Positions 38,232-50,390 of a stretch of DNA of 64,000 bases are shown one piece after another. The DNA is from Diadema antillarum. Taxonomy: Eukaryota. The notes beneath the pieces were generated by a model. The model saw only the letters and a program-made list of their open reading frames with translations. It searched no databases and was not told the DNA's origin. The translations under genes and the position numbers were made by a program. Every line of letters begins with the position of its first letter. Within the stretch, counting starts at the first letter, position 1. Location: positions 310,001-374,000 of the forward strand of contig NW_027272314.1 in NCBI RefSeq assembly GCF_040938485.1, written 5' to 3'.

Positions 38232-38792
38232 AGGACAAGTCCACCTTTATAAACATAAGGATTGAGAGAATGCAGCAATATTAGTAGAACACATCAGTGA
38301 AAGTTCGAGGAAAAATGGACAATCCGTTCAAAAGTTACGAATATTTTAAGTATCTGTGAAGTCACTGCTGGAAGAAAAGACTACTACAGTGTATGATGTC
38401 ACATGCGTACAACTATATAAGGAAAATAAAAAGGGAATTTCACAAAACTCTACTTTTTTAATAAAGTGCACATTTCTTCGACTTGCTACTGACGTATGTT
38501 AAGGGTAGTATTATTCCCCCCTGCCTTCTGAAAGAGAGAAGTCGAGTGTTCTTTTGTTATGCGAGAAAAATGGAAATCATGTTGAATTTTCTTTATTCTT
38601 TCTTTATATCGTTGTACTCATGTGACATCACAAGCTATAGTAGTCTTTTCATCCAGCCGTGACTGAGCAGAAAATTAAAAAATTCATAACTTTTTAAAGG
38701 ATTGTCCGATTTTGCTCAAACTCTCACTGATGTGTTCTGGTAATATTGCTGCATGCACTCAACCCACATGTCTATGAAGATGAACTTGTCCT
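38232..38792. mobile_element. Kolobok-type MITE with TTAA TSD and long TIRs
   Basis: TTAA|AGGACAAGT ... ACTTGTCCT|TTAA. Over 100 bp of imperfect terminal inverted similarity. Confidence 0.85.
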
Positions 38793-40654
38793 TTAAGGAA
38801 TCAGTTCTGCGGTCGCAAACAGCTCTCTTGAAGGATAAGTTAACATGTCTGACAGCTCCCTAAATACATCCTGTCTATAAACATATCCATCCCCTTCATA
38901 TTCTGTGTTTGTAGCTATAATATAAGGTCAGAATTATCAAATTTCAGCATGTTGGTATTCGTGCTGTGGCTCTATAGTGAGAACGAATTAAAAGAATAGA
39001 ATCGCCATCACACTGAGATTAACTCATAAAACTTGTCAAAAGCATCAGCGTCTTTTACCCGATAAAAAAAGAAAAGGCAAGACATCAGGTTTGGATACTA
39101 CGAAATGCGCATGCGCCACGGCGAGCACAATCACACAGCAATAATCATCTGGTGAGATGTTTAAGGTACTAAGTAATCCATCTACGTAACAACTACCATG
39201 GTCACGTGTTTGTCTACTTTCCTCACATTGAGTGCGCGGATGACGGCGTTGGAGCTCCATATAAGTAATTCACACCTAATGTGATTATCGCCAGTGTTTC
39301 TTTCGACTCTGTTTGTTCAGCAACATTATAGTTTTCGACACCAGAGGGTAAACCGCATCCTTGGAAAGGTTTGTACAGTTTGGCAAATATTTTAACATTA
39401 ATAAAGTAGCAACGTGGTGTTATCTATTAAGGATTATCTGTTTGGTGTATGACATTTCTCTAAGGGTACGTATAGCTGTAATTATTATTCCTCTTTTATC
39501 ATGGACGCTTCATATGAATAGTTTGATCACATAACCATGATAATGGTTTAAGTGTCATTTAAGTTCATTGTCAAATAGAGAAAAGTATTACCTTTCAGTG
39601 ACACCTCACTTGCTACATTATCAGGAATATTCTTGGATCTATAATTGAAAACATCATATATTTTGTAATTATTTTTTTAGCAGAATCTATTGCAAAAATC
39701 TCAATTCCCCTCCCCCTAAAAACAAAAACAAAAACACACACCTCATTTTGGAAACAAACTTTCGTAAACCTGATTCAAGAGAGGGGATCTTGATGAAGTA
39801 TCTTGTTTGACGATGTGAGAAAATTGTTGGAGAGGTTACAGCTCCGATTAAAAGAGCTTCCCTATCTCAGGGGAAAAAAGACCGAGGAATATCAATCGTG
39901 TGGTAGCAAGTTTTTGGGTCCGGTAATATCCAAGGTCCAGGCGCTAGAATTCAACTCCATTGCTCTATAGCTTTTTTTTCTTCTCTTTTTTTTTCTTCAG
40001 GAGACTCTGAGCTCCTGTTTCGAAGTAACTTGCTTTATCATATTTGTAATTTTATCTTCTATTTCAATTTCAATTTTAATTCAATTCACTTTATTGATAA
40101 TCATAAAACTGAGGTATAACCAGCGTAGAATGTGTCGGGGAGTTCACAAAGAAAGCCAAAGGCTTGAGCCAAATGTGATCCCTTTGTAGAGTTGAATACA
40201 TAAAAATATACAAATACAGATTCGGAGTTTAATTCAGAGTACTTCATGATAGTTACGGATTACATACTCAAATAAAATAAGATATGAAACATATGGTAAT
40301 GTAGGATAAACCCATTCCAATCATATAAACTTGGTTCAATAATGCCCCACTGATGTGCTTTGCAATTTAGGTAAAAGGAAGTACATGTATACCATATGTT
40401 TCAATTACCCTCTTATATAGGCAAGCGACGAATTTTGTACATGAATATGTCAAGGAACCAATTCTTCTTCATAAGGTCCTATAATCTAGAATTTCAGAAA
40501 CTGAGCTGAGGTTTCTTAAGTATGAACAATCCGTTTCCTAAGATTAAGAGGTCATGCAAGAGTTTTTGAACATCGTTCTTTTCTCTTGTGTTATTTCCTC
40601 AGGAACCCCATTCCATCACCTTTAAAGTTAGAAGTCTACACATAAATCATTAAT

Positions 40655-41908
40655 ATGATCAACACTACGGAGATGACAGCTTCCGTGTTCCCCAGACCTA
40701 TCGTGAGCTATCGGCTTTTCCTCACTTTGAGCCTATCTGTGGCCACCGTCGTCACCAACGCGGCAATTTTAGTTGCGTTCGCGAGGCAGAGGCGGTTGTG
40801 GACCTACACCAACTATTACATCCTCAATATGACCTTGTCCGATCTCCTGGTAGGCATCCTAATAATGCCCCTCCGCTCTACCATCATCCTTTACGGCGAA
40901 TGGGTGTTTGGCCGGGTAGCTGGAGCGGTTTTCTTGATGATGCAGAATGGATGTCTTGGCGTTTCTGTGATGGGTGTAGTGGTCATCACCATTGATCGTT
41001 ACCTAGCAACGATGTATCCGATGCAGCACTACATGAGAAGGAGCAAGCTACTGGCGACAGTTGCTAACGTTTTTACCTGGCTCATACCGTTCCTCTTTTG
41101 GTTCTTCTTCAACCTGGTGTGGTTCTTTCTCGTCCCTAACGATCTTACAACCGCCCAGGGTTTACCGAGACCTAATTTTACCAGGACATTGGGCTTGGCG
41201 GTGATGACAAATACCATTCGGTTTGTATGTCCACTGTTTATCATCATGATCTTGTATTTACGAGTATACCTTCAGATCCGCACTGCCCATAGAAGGCGAA
41301 AGTCAAAATTGCTAGCCAGCGGTTTATCCAATCTCCGTCAAAAGCAACAAATGTGCTTGGGAGGGGAATCAACAGATAGACATTGGCGAGTTGAGATATC
41401 AAATGTGTCTCAAGAAAGCTGTCAGAGCACCTCGGACATAATGGCGGATCCGACCGAAATAGCGACCATTTCAAAGGAGGTCTCAAAGCAGTCCTTCGGA
41501 GATTTTGATGTAGCGGGTTTGAGGAATCAACCAGCTGGTTGTGAAGCTCCCCGGGATAACGCTACCCTGGATTACCCCGAAGCCAAAGGCAAAGTCCAGG
41601 TATCAGCGTCGGTCAAACGCGAATCTGCCGCGGAAGGACGAAAGGCCATGAAAACACTAACTTTCATTGTAGTTGCCTTCGCGTTGACCTGGTTGCCGAA
41701 TATCATGAGTTTCACAATTTACAGTATATCACCAGCCACGTACAGGAAAATTAATAATGCTATGAATTACACAGAAGTGGCACGATGGATTACCTACAGC
41801 AACAGTATGCTCAACCCAATGGCATACGCCATGGCGCAGCCTTTGATTCGTCGGACAATTGTTTTGACATTCTGCAAGAGATGCCACTGCATGGCTAAAT
41901 GCTTCTAG
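40655..41908 (+). CDS. Class A GPCR paralogue 2, 417 aa
   Basis: Same 7TM motifs, closest to paralogue 1. Acceptor TTATTTCCTCAG at 40602, upstream of the ATG. Confidence 0.95.
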   Translation: MINTTEMTASVFPRPIVSYRLFLTLSLSVATVVTNAAILVAFARQRRLWTYTNYYILNMTLSDLLVGILIMPLRSTIILYGEWVFGRVAGAVFLMMQNGCLGVSVMGVVVITIDRYLATMYPMQHYMRRSKLLATVANVFTWLIPFLFWFFFNLVWFFLVPNDLTTAQGLPRPNFTRTLGLAVMTNTIRFVCPLFIIMILYLRVYLQIRTAHRRRKSKLLASGLSNLRQKQQMCLGGESTDRHWRVEISNVSQESCQSTSDIMADPTEIATISKEVSKQSFGDFDVAGLRNQPAGCEAPRDNATLDYPEAKGKVQVSASVKRESAAEGRKAMKTLTFIVVAFALTWLPNIMSFTIYSISPATYRKINNAMNYTEVARWITYSNSMLNPMAYAMAQPLIRRTIVLTFCKRCHCMAKCF

Positions 41909-44873
41909 CCCTTTTTGGTGAGAACACTCACACCATGATGGGTTGAGAAGATTGTATTTAGCAACAAGAACGTGTATGTAACCATAATGATTTGGTGATC
42001 TGTAAAGAAGACAAATTTCTGATTTCTGTTTAGATTTGCATATGCAAGTTCGAAGAAAGGCCTAATTCAGATATTTTGGATGGGATTTCTGGAGTAAGCC
42101 ATTCAATTGTTTCAAATATTGATCGTGTGTAGAGGGTTTGAAAAGAAATTACAGATAATGTCAACACTTTCTACAGGGCTGACAAAAAAAAAGATCAATG
42201 CAATATTCGATAACATTAAAAGTGGCACCTTCTTTCTTTTCTTTTTTTGGCGAAAGAAAAAAATCTTCGCAATATCAATTAGGCACAATATCGCAATCAA
42301 GACGCATTTTGGATGCTCTCAAAAGAATTAAAACTAAATTTTAGATTTCATAAAAATCCTGTCCATAGGCAAACACTGTGTCTAAATGATGGTGAAAGTA
42401 GGTAATAAGTACGTGTACCGTATGTACTATAACACATCTACTTCAAATTCACAGCTAAACATGTTCTGATCTTAACGTCATCACCTTTCTGCACGTGTGT
42501 TCAGAATGAACAGAACAAAAACATCACTGGCTATATTTTACATTTATTATGTCTGCACTTTTACCTATAAGATTTTTGAGTAACATTTTTTCTACTGACG
42601 TAGCATTAACAATTCAGTATGATTCTGCAGACCTATTACTAATTTTTCGTAACTTTTCAGAAATTGTATCAAGTGAAATAGCTATCATGCTGTTGTCTTA
42701 AGAACAAATGTCATCAAGACCGCAGTAGGCATGATAGGCACTGCTATACAATATTTTGTTTATTGATAGTAACTCGTCTTACTCTGTGCAGCAGGATAGT
42801 TATTACATAGCATGTTACATGTCTTTGCATTATACGTTTTGAGGGTGCACGTCAAGAATTCAGGTGCTGTTCGTTATTCCGAAGGTTCGCTATTCCGAAG
42901 AAGGGTCGTTAATCCGAAACACGCAAATTCCCTATACCTACAGGTAGTGTCGAGCTCATGGGCTGTATGACTCGTGTGGCGGTATGACTCGAATGGACTT
43001 TTTTTTCCCAATGTCGAACTCATGGGCTACATGACTCGTGGGGTGCTCGTCTGCCGGGATGACCCCGTTTTGGCAGGATTTGAGGAGAGTATACGTTATT
43101 ATGTCTAACGAGAGAAGTAAAACATAGAACAGTGTAGCTATTGAAAAATGATAGTCAAGCATTGTACACAACTATGAGGAGAAGATTGTCTCCCTGATCC
43201 TGGGAAAAGCGATCACCACGTTTGTAAACTCTTTTGGAAACATGTTAACATGGTTAACATGAATTGTAATGTCCGTATTGATAAAAGACAAGTTTCCTAT
43301 AAACTACGTAATATGACATTATCATGAATTTATTCAGGCCTGTTAACTGTACCTCATACGGCTGGTCCATTTCATGTGATCCATTTACACAAGAAAGCAG
43401 ACCTGTAAACTCTTTCAACTTTCTTCTTTAAACAATTTTACAGCTCCCAATTCAAAATCATAAGTATTTTTCCGATTTCCCCCATACAATTAGCTTTTCC
43501 TCTTATTGCCATTGTAATGACACATGATTTTAATGTTGATTTCATTGTACATTCATAGGCACGATAGGGGCCTATACATACTTTTACAATTTTTTCTTTT
43601 TTCCTTTGTGTAATGATTCAGTTTGTATTCTTTTTTTGTTGCTACGCGGTTATTTAGCTTATGAGGTTGCTGAAAAGCATTTTTTTTGGTCTGCTCGCAT
43701 ATCCTTTAACCATTATTGAATGAAACAAGTCCAAACTCACATCAAAATGATGGTTCACATGGGTGCAGTAACAAAATAAAGCAAGCAGCAAAAGTTCTAT
43801 TTAACTGACGCATAAACGAGAACGTTCAGTATTGGTTTTATTAAATGAGGTGATGAGGTTAAATGGGATTTCAGGCCATCATAAGTCTTCTTTATAATAT
43901 CCTGTGTTCGAAAATAAAATAAAGAAGAATGGATGGTATGTTGTGAGTCACGTCCCTATGTTCTGTTGCTGTGTTCTGTTGAAGAAAACATTGAACTAAA
44001 TTGAATTGAATGGAATGGAATTTTATCAAAATGGCTACGAAAGAGCTAAATGACGCGAGGTTGCAGTTACTGCGTCATTAAGCAAAGACATGATTTCCAT
44101 GATGCGTTTCAGATAAAATATCTAGCACTTCATCTTGTCCGTGTCAAAGCATCAGCTTGAATTAGACGTCAGGATTATTTTCACGCTCTTGTGTTTCTTA
44201 CATCTTAAACCAGAACAGTTCCTTAGGATACGTGACGATACTCAATCGTAATGATTTTTATTTTCTGAATCACAGGATTTCTATGTATAATATATATTTC
44301 CCTCATCATAATGATGTCTTGATATTAAAGCTGTTAAAAGCGTGGATTGAGATAAGAAATAAATGACGTTTTAAAGGTGTATAAAATGTCAACCAGGTTA
44401 TGTGTGTTTGTGTTTAGGAAAGAAATAAGCATTGCCGGATGTAAACTGAGAAAGCGCTTAAATATAACAAGTCAATATTCTTGCAAGTGTTGCCTAATTA
44501 TGAGATGCAAGGATGCAAATTCAAGGATTCAATGACAAAATATAGGCCTACTGCCGTTACTGAAATTTAAGTATATATACGTCCAGCAAAGCACATTTGA
44601 TTATGCGTGCCGAATGAATGATTAATATATCGGACAAAACCGACAATGTTGCAGTAGGCTCTATGGGAAGGTGGTGCGTAAATTCAAAATGAGTAATCAA
44701 TTTAAAATGTATGACGTAGTAGGAGTAGGAGTGTAATGTGCCTAACAAAAGGACTTTGCTTTCCTAACATCAGATGAATCGGAAACACTGGGCCATTCTT
44801 GAAAACTTAAACACTACGTGGGAAGATTCTAGAATAGGCGGTGACATAGTCCTGTGAAACAAACTCACACACA

Positions 44874-44922
<49 letters not shown>

Positions 44923-45072
44923 CAAAAAAACAGCTTACCAAATGGACGAAGATGGAGCTAATTGTCAGCTTATTGGCAGTGCCGTGCAGCACTTCCTTAT
45001 TTGCATGCCAGAACGCAACACGTTGACCAACACGTTGACATCTAACGTAGATAGCAAGGTTCTGTGATAACA

Positions 45073-45112
<40 letters not shown>

Positions 45113-45427
45113 CTTGGTATTTTCTAGGTTTGATATGATTTTTCGAATATATTGCATCATTTCAGTTTCTCGTTCAAAAGAGTTTGTTGTGCACCTGCAA
45201 GGTAATTTCCTTTCAGAAATAATAAAATCCTACAAATCTTTACTCTTTTTCTCCTTCTGCCCAATCTTCTCCCAGAGAAGGCAGATGTAAGACTAGATGA
45301 ATTTTGTTTTGCTTGCGTGCGCCAAAGTAAAAGCTGCTTGAAATGAAATTATGACTTAGAAAGCTTGACGTATGTCGTTAAGAAGTATTTCAAAAATTTG
45401 TTTCTGTGCAGCAAATGATATCTACCT

Positions 45428-45472
<45 letters not shown>

Positions 45473-46404
45473 GGATTGTACATGTTTGATCACCAAGTCA
45501 CTATATATAGGCCTATATATGTTACTTTATTTACTTATAAATATATATATATATATATAATAGTTAATAAAAACATTATATATATATATATATATATAGT
45601 TAATATAAACATTGTATTGTATATGTATATATATATACAGACGCATATATACATATATATATATATTATGCATATGACAATGACAGATATATAAAAAAAA
45701 ACTTTATGTGCTGTGTGTGTAAGTCCACATTGTAAATATTTTCCAGGCTTTTACCCTTACGTCATATTTTTGCCCCCCGTCATTATAACGGAGTCGGTGC
45801 AAATGGTCTGTTCGTCAGTCTGTTCCCGTATGAAGTCTCAGCCATTTCATCTATTGTTATGCTCGCTTCACGTGATATACAGGAAACTCTTGGCGGTCTT
45901 TTACGACACCTTTTATCCCCTGTTCTCCCGGATGTTGCTTGATATAGTCGGCTTCCATCTAAATATCAGGCCATGAAGTCTTCTTTTATTCCATATAGAA
46001 CAACTATTGAGAGAGCGAATTCGCTCACTGTACACTGATGAGCTATTATACGATGCTCATGAAGAGATCATCGAACCTTACGATTGAATGGAGTTACTGA
46101 ATAGAGCTATCGCCAAAGGGAGGGGAAAAACACAGTCCATAAGTTACGAAAGCCAAGTAAGAGATGCGTTTCAAGGTTAAAATATATAAAAAGAGAGATT
46201 ACAATCAAAACTTTTTCTCTCAAATCACTAATCAACGTCAAGAAGAATCAAAATGATAAAAACACGTTGGCAGTACGTGTTGCATATCTAACTTGAAAAG
46301 TCTTCAAAGAACAGTATCTGCCTGTTGAGCAGTGAAAATGAGAAAACGATCTAAATTCTTCATTAAACTGCGTGATGAATGCTCGAGTCTTACGATAACC
46401 TATG

Positions 46405-46700
46405 TATGGTATGGTATGGTATGGCATGGAATGGTTTATTGATCAAACTTCGCAGCCAAAGGGCTGAATTGTGTCTGATTTACATCGATAAAAATACAAT
46501 TAGACAAAATAACTTACGTCTACAAAACACGAACAAAATACAATCATTACGACAACAAAAACACAAATCATCAGAGCATCAGTAGTGGAAATACATTCAG
46601 TATATAAATTATATTGCAATAAAAACAGAGTTGAGTGAAAAAAAAAAAACCCGTTTTACATAATACATACTATGAACCTTATACATGTATCCTCCAGTAG
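46405..46700 (-). mobile_element. LINE 3' end fragment with (CCATA)n tail
   Basis: Minus strand: CAGCC/GGCTG hairpin (46453-46466), AATAAA (46435-46440), then CCATA-type repeats (46405-46434). The upstream extent is approximate. Confidence 0.45.
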
Positions 46701-46719
46701 TGACGTATCACAACCCTTT

Positions 46720-46980
46720 AAGCTAATGAAGAGGGTATAGAAGAATAAGGGAGGGGGCGTGGAATGAGGAATGTAGAGAGACAGCGGATGCTATATGAAG
46801 TGTGAGGCTGAGACAGGAACAGAGTGAGGGGGAGAGAGGAGAAAAAAGAAGCAAAGGCTGGGGGAAAAGAAAAGGGAGGCACAAAGCGAGAGCAGGACAA
46901 ATGTGAGAAGATAAAGGGAAGGAGAAGAGGAGTGAGTAGAGGGGAAAAGGAAGGAAAGAAAGGGAAAGAAGATATATGCG
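46720..46980 (+). repeat. GA-rich low-complexity tract
   Basis: Direct purine bias. Confidence 0.8.
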
Positions 46981-49479
46981 TCTGGACAAATATAAAAACA
47001 GACAATTCAAACAAAATGGACATACAGATGTAAACACATTTTTGCACTTCAGTTGAAGGACGAATACTAACATAAACATATTTCTTTATAAACTTCTGCA
47101 TATAACTACTTCAAATTAATCAATCTTCGTAACAGTTTTTTGATTGTAAAAATATATACAAAATTAAATGCACCAAACAAATCTGAACATTATTATACAA
47201 CAACAGTAATGATAATATGATTCCAACATTAAATAAGTCAGAAAACAAAGAAAAAGTCAATGTTTTCCCTCAATGAAGAATCATAATTCTAAAATATGGA
47301 ATAGTAAGCGGTAACGTGGTATAAAATTTGATGAGGAAAAATGCATGCATGGCTATACGTCAAGTCGAAACCTCAGCTCCTTTCTCTCAAAGCCTCCCCC
47401 TCTCCATAACAGATATACGCTTTATGGTGGTTTTGAAATGACTGTCAAATCCCGTCAAAGATAATTTTTCTACCATAACCATTTTAACCTGTTTACCAAT
47501 ACTATAGTCGTGACAGGCTTCACGCTTTACAGACTTTTCACGATCTTTCCCAATGGAAAATCTGCATAATCTTTCTGAAGAGTATAGATGATCCTCATCT
47601 TTTGCAGAATTTAACAAAGAAAAAAGCTGAAGAAGCTCGACATCTTTAAGGCTTTAAACCATATCGCTTTGTTTCATTAGATATGTTGATGCGGGTAAAA
47701 AAATAGATAACATGATAGAATGAAAGAGAACATGACTCCAGCATTTCAAGTAAAATTTCATTGAAAACCCAAACCCACAATTTACCGTCAAAACAAACAA
47801 ATAAATAAACAAACAACCGCGTGAAATAAACAGACACCAATTCAACGCATAAACCCTGAACTATAATTTTGAGAAGGAATAACAAACGATTCATCTCATC
47901 ATTTTCTTATCTTTTCAGTATTCGCTGTCTCAGTCAATTTTGTATTTCAAAGCAATCCAGGCAAAATGCCCTCAATTACTATTGATGAAAGGTAATAAAT
48001 ATGAAAGGATATGAATGATTGTCCATGCGAAAAAAGAGAGAGCTGGATTTTATCTTCCCAAAACAGCACGGGAGAAGAAGAAAAGAAGCGAAGAATCTGG
48101 CATCTTTTACTCGGTAAATCTCTTTGACAGTAAAATGTCATGAGCCACAAGCGCTATTCATTGAAGGCATGAAGAAAAAATCTTTCTTTTTCATGAACGT
48201 TCGTTTTCAAATGAATGGCTGTATGACTTTTCTTCAACTGAAAGTCCTCCTATTAACGAACTTTCGCGATTCAGGAATTTTCTTAGGCGCGGCTATATGT
48301 TGAACTTTGTTAGCCATATATTTGAAATCTCGATATATGTCCATGACTTTGATACGATCCATCTCCTCAGTATCTCTTTTCTTCTCTCTGCTAGGACTTA
48401 GCTTCATGCTGTTGGTCATTGTGTGTCCAACGATATCAGCTTTCAATGGCTATACAAAGTCTTTTGAAATCTGGCGAAAGAAGAGACACGAACTCGTGCA
48501 ACCCTGAGACTGTTCGGAAATGACATCTCTTTGTTTATCTGACCACGCTATATAAGATGACCTCAAAGAGCTGCGTGAACAAAACAAACAACTACAAACA
48601 TATCACACACACGTTATATATGTGTATCATACATACAGACATACACACACATACATAATGGAGACATACACATAAATATGTATAATTGTTATCTCTTTCT
48701 TTATATATATATCTATGTATATCATAGAAATATATGATTTAAAGTGAATAACAAGTATCTAATCTAACACGTCATTTAAAACAACCATCTGAATTTTTTT
48801 TTTATATGTAGGCATTAACTGATGATCTATATTAGGCTCCCATTTTTTCTGGACTCCTGAACCGTTTATTCACATATTGGAATAAAACACTGTTGATGGG
48901 GTGCTATATAGATGTCCAGAGCTTCTATCGTAACATATGAGCATTATGGCTAAACTCCACTTTTAGTGCGTTATTCTTCCAATAAGTCTAGAGAACATTT
49001 TGTCAATGTAAGAGTGATTCCACATGACTGGCAAATAATAATTTTCTGGTGTTACACCAATTTTGAGCCATTCCAAAGATATGGACAAAAACTGTGAAAT
49101 TGCAGTATTTTCTCTTGACCTTTGACCACATGCCCCAAATCTTTCCCCACAGAATCATTACACATTATTGGATGTATGTATCAGATTTATGTAATAATTT
49201 TTCTTTCATACAATTCATGTAATAATTTCATTGGTAAAAGATGTAAATTTAGCATTATAACCTGACCTTCTACCCTTGACATTTGACCACATTACCGATG
49301 ATTAACATTTAAGGTTTCTTGGTCGTCTCCGCCATAATTTCAATGAACATTGTATCAAGATAATTTACAGTTCCATAATAAAAACTTGTTTTGATTATGC
49401 AGATGTACTTTATGACTCTGTCTATGCAAAAAGTATGCAGATCGTTTACAAAATTTAATGAATGTGATATTTCGAGCCA

Positions 49480-50085
49480 GCTTATTCATCAGACGTACAA
49501 AAAAAAAATATTGGGAGTTTTTAAAAGCAGGCCGTACAATTGATAATTGTAGCGCTCCTTATTCATTGGACGGCTTTTTGATTCAAGTATCACATCAATA
49601 CTCTTTACGCTCCTATGGAAAGCTTTCGATGTCAAAGCCAAGATCAGAATATTGTAAACGCATGTTCGTCTATTGTGGGCCATGCATGTTTGATATTTTC
49701 CCTTAGATATAACATCCTCGTCATCATGCCTTTCATTTAAGAACGCAATAAATGCTTATGTTTTGCATTGGAGGTTATCGTGGTTATGATACGTGATTAG
49801 GTATCCCTATGTTATGTTGATGATTATGTTGTATTATGGGTGGGGTTTGGGTTGGAAGGAAATATTGGCAATCGGGATGGGAGGATAACATTTAATGGGC
49901 TTTTTCAATGTTATAGGATATCATTATGTGTAGGTTTGAATGCGTATGTGTGTGTATATATCAAATTTGGATAGTTTTATTGATTTCACTGTATTGAGTT
50001 TCAAATATGATTACTCATGTAAGATTGGATCCCTTGGAAGACTAGCACGACCATGTAGGCCGAGCTGAGCATACAGGAAATCCAT
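49480..50085 (+). mobile_element. 5'-truncated L2/CR1-type LINE fragment (RT C-terminus + 3' UTR)
   Basis: APYSLDGF...HQYSLRS...KPRSEYCKRMFVYCGP matches the LINE RT C-terminal H.Y.LR...P.....KR.F.Y.G pattern. Tail motif TGGAAGA-CTAGC...GCTGA at 50035-50068. Confidence 0.65.
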
Positions 50086-50095
50086 CCATGATTAT

Positions 50096-50390
50096 GGGAC
50101 CGTTGTGGCATTGTGGATAAGACTCCCGATTCCCGATCGGAGGACCCGAGTTCGAATCCCGCCCAAGATATTTTTACCCACTGTGTCCCTTTCGGCCCAG
50201 GTGTATAAATGGGTACCTGGTAACGCTATAGGGTAATAATAATGGCAGGGCCCTCTGGTAGAGCAGTGGCAACACTGAAGAGGCAATCGAGGGTATGTTA
50301 TTATGATTATTATTATCATTGCTATTATGATTATGATTATTATTATTATCATTATTATTATTTCCATAATTATTATTATCATTATCCATT
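50096..50390 (+). mobile_element. tRNA-derived SINE with L2-type tail and (ATT)n end
   Basis: A box TGGCATTGTGG (50106-50116), B box GTTCGAATCC (50150-50159), body CCCAGGTGTATAAATGGGTACC, CAGTG/CACTG hairpin (50264-50277), ATT-rich tail. Confidence 0.85.

Noticed and set aside
45713-45976. Segment with a weak integrase-like WP motif on the minus strand
   Set aside because: Motif order is wrong and stops are frequent, so it is not supportable.
47387-48446. Several short minus-strand ORFs that look vaguely like a decayed coding sequence
   Set aside because: Stop density is near random and I could not assign a family. tBLASTn/BLASTX would decide.
50096-50165. tRNA-like sequence with A and B boxes
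   Set aside because: No acceptor stem closure, and it continues into a SINE body and tail. It is a SINE head, not a tRNA gene.
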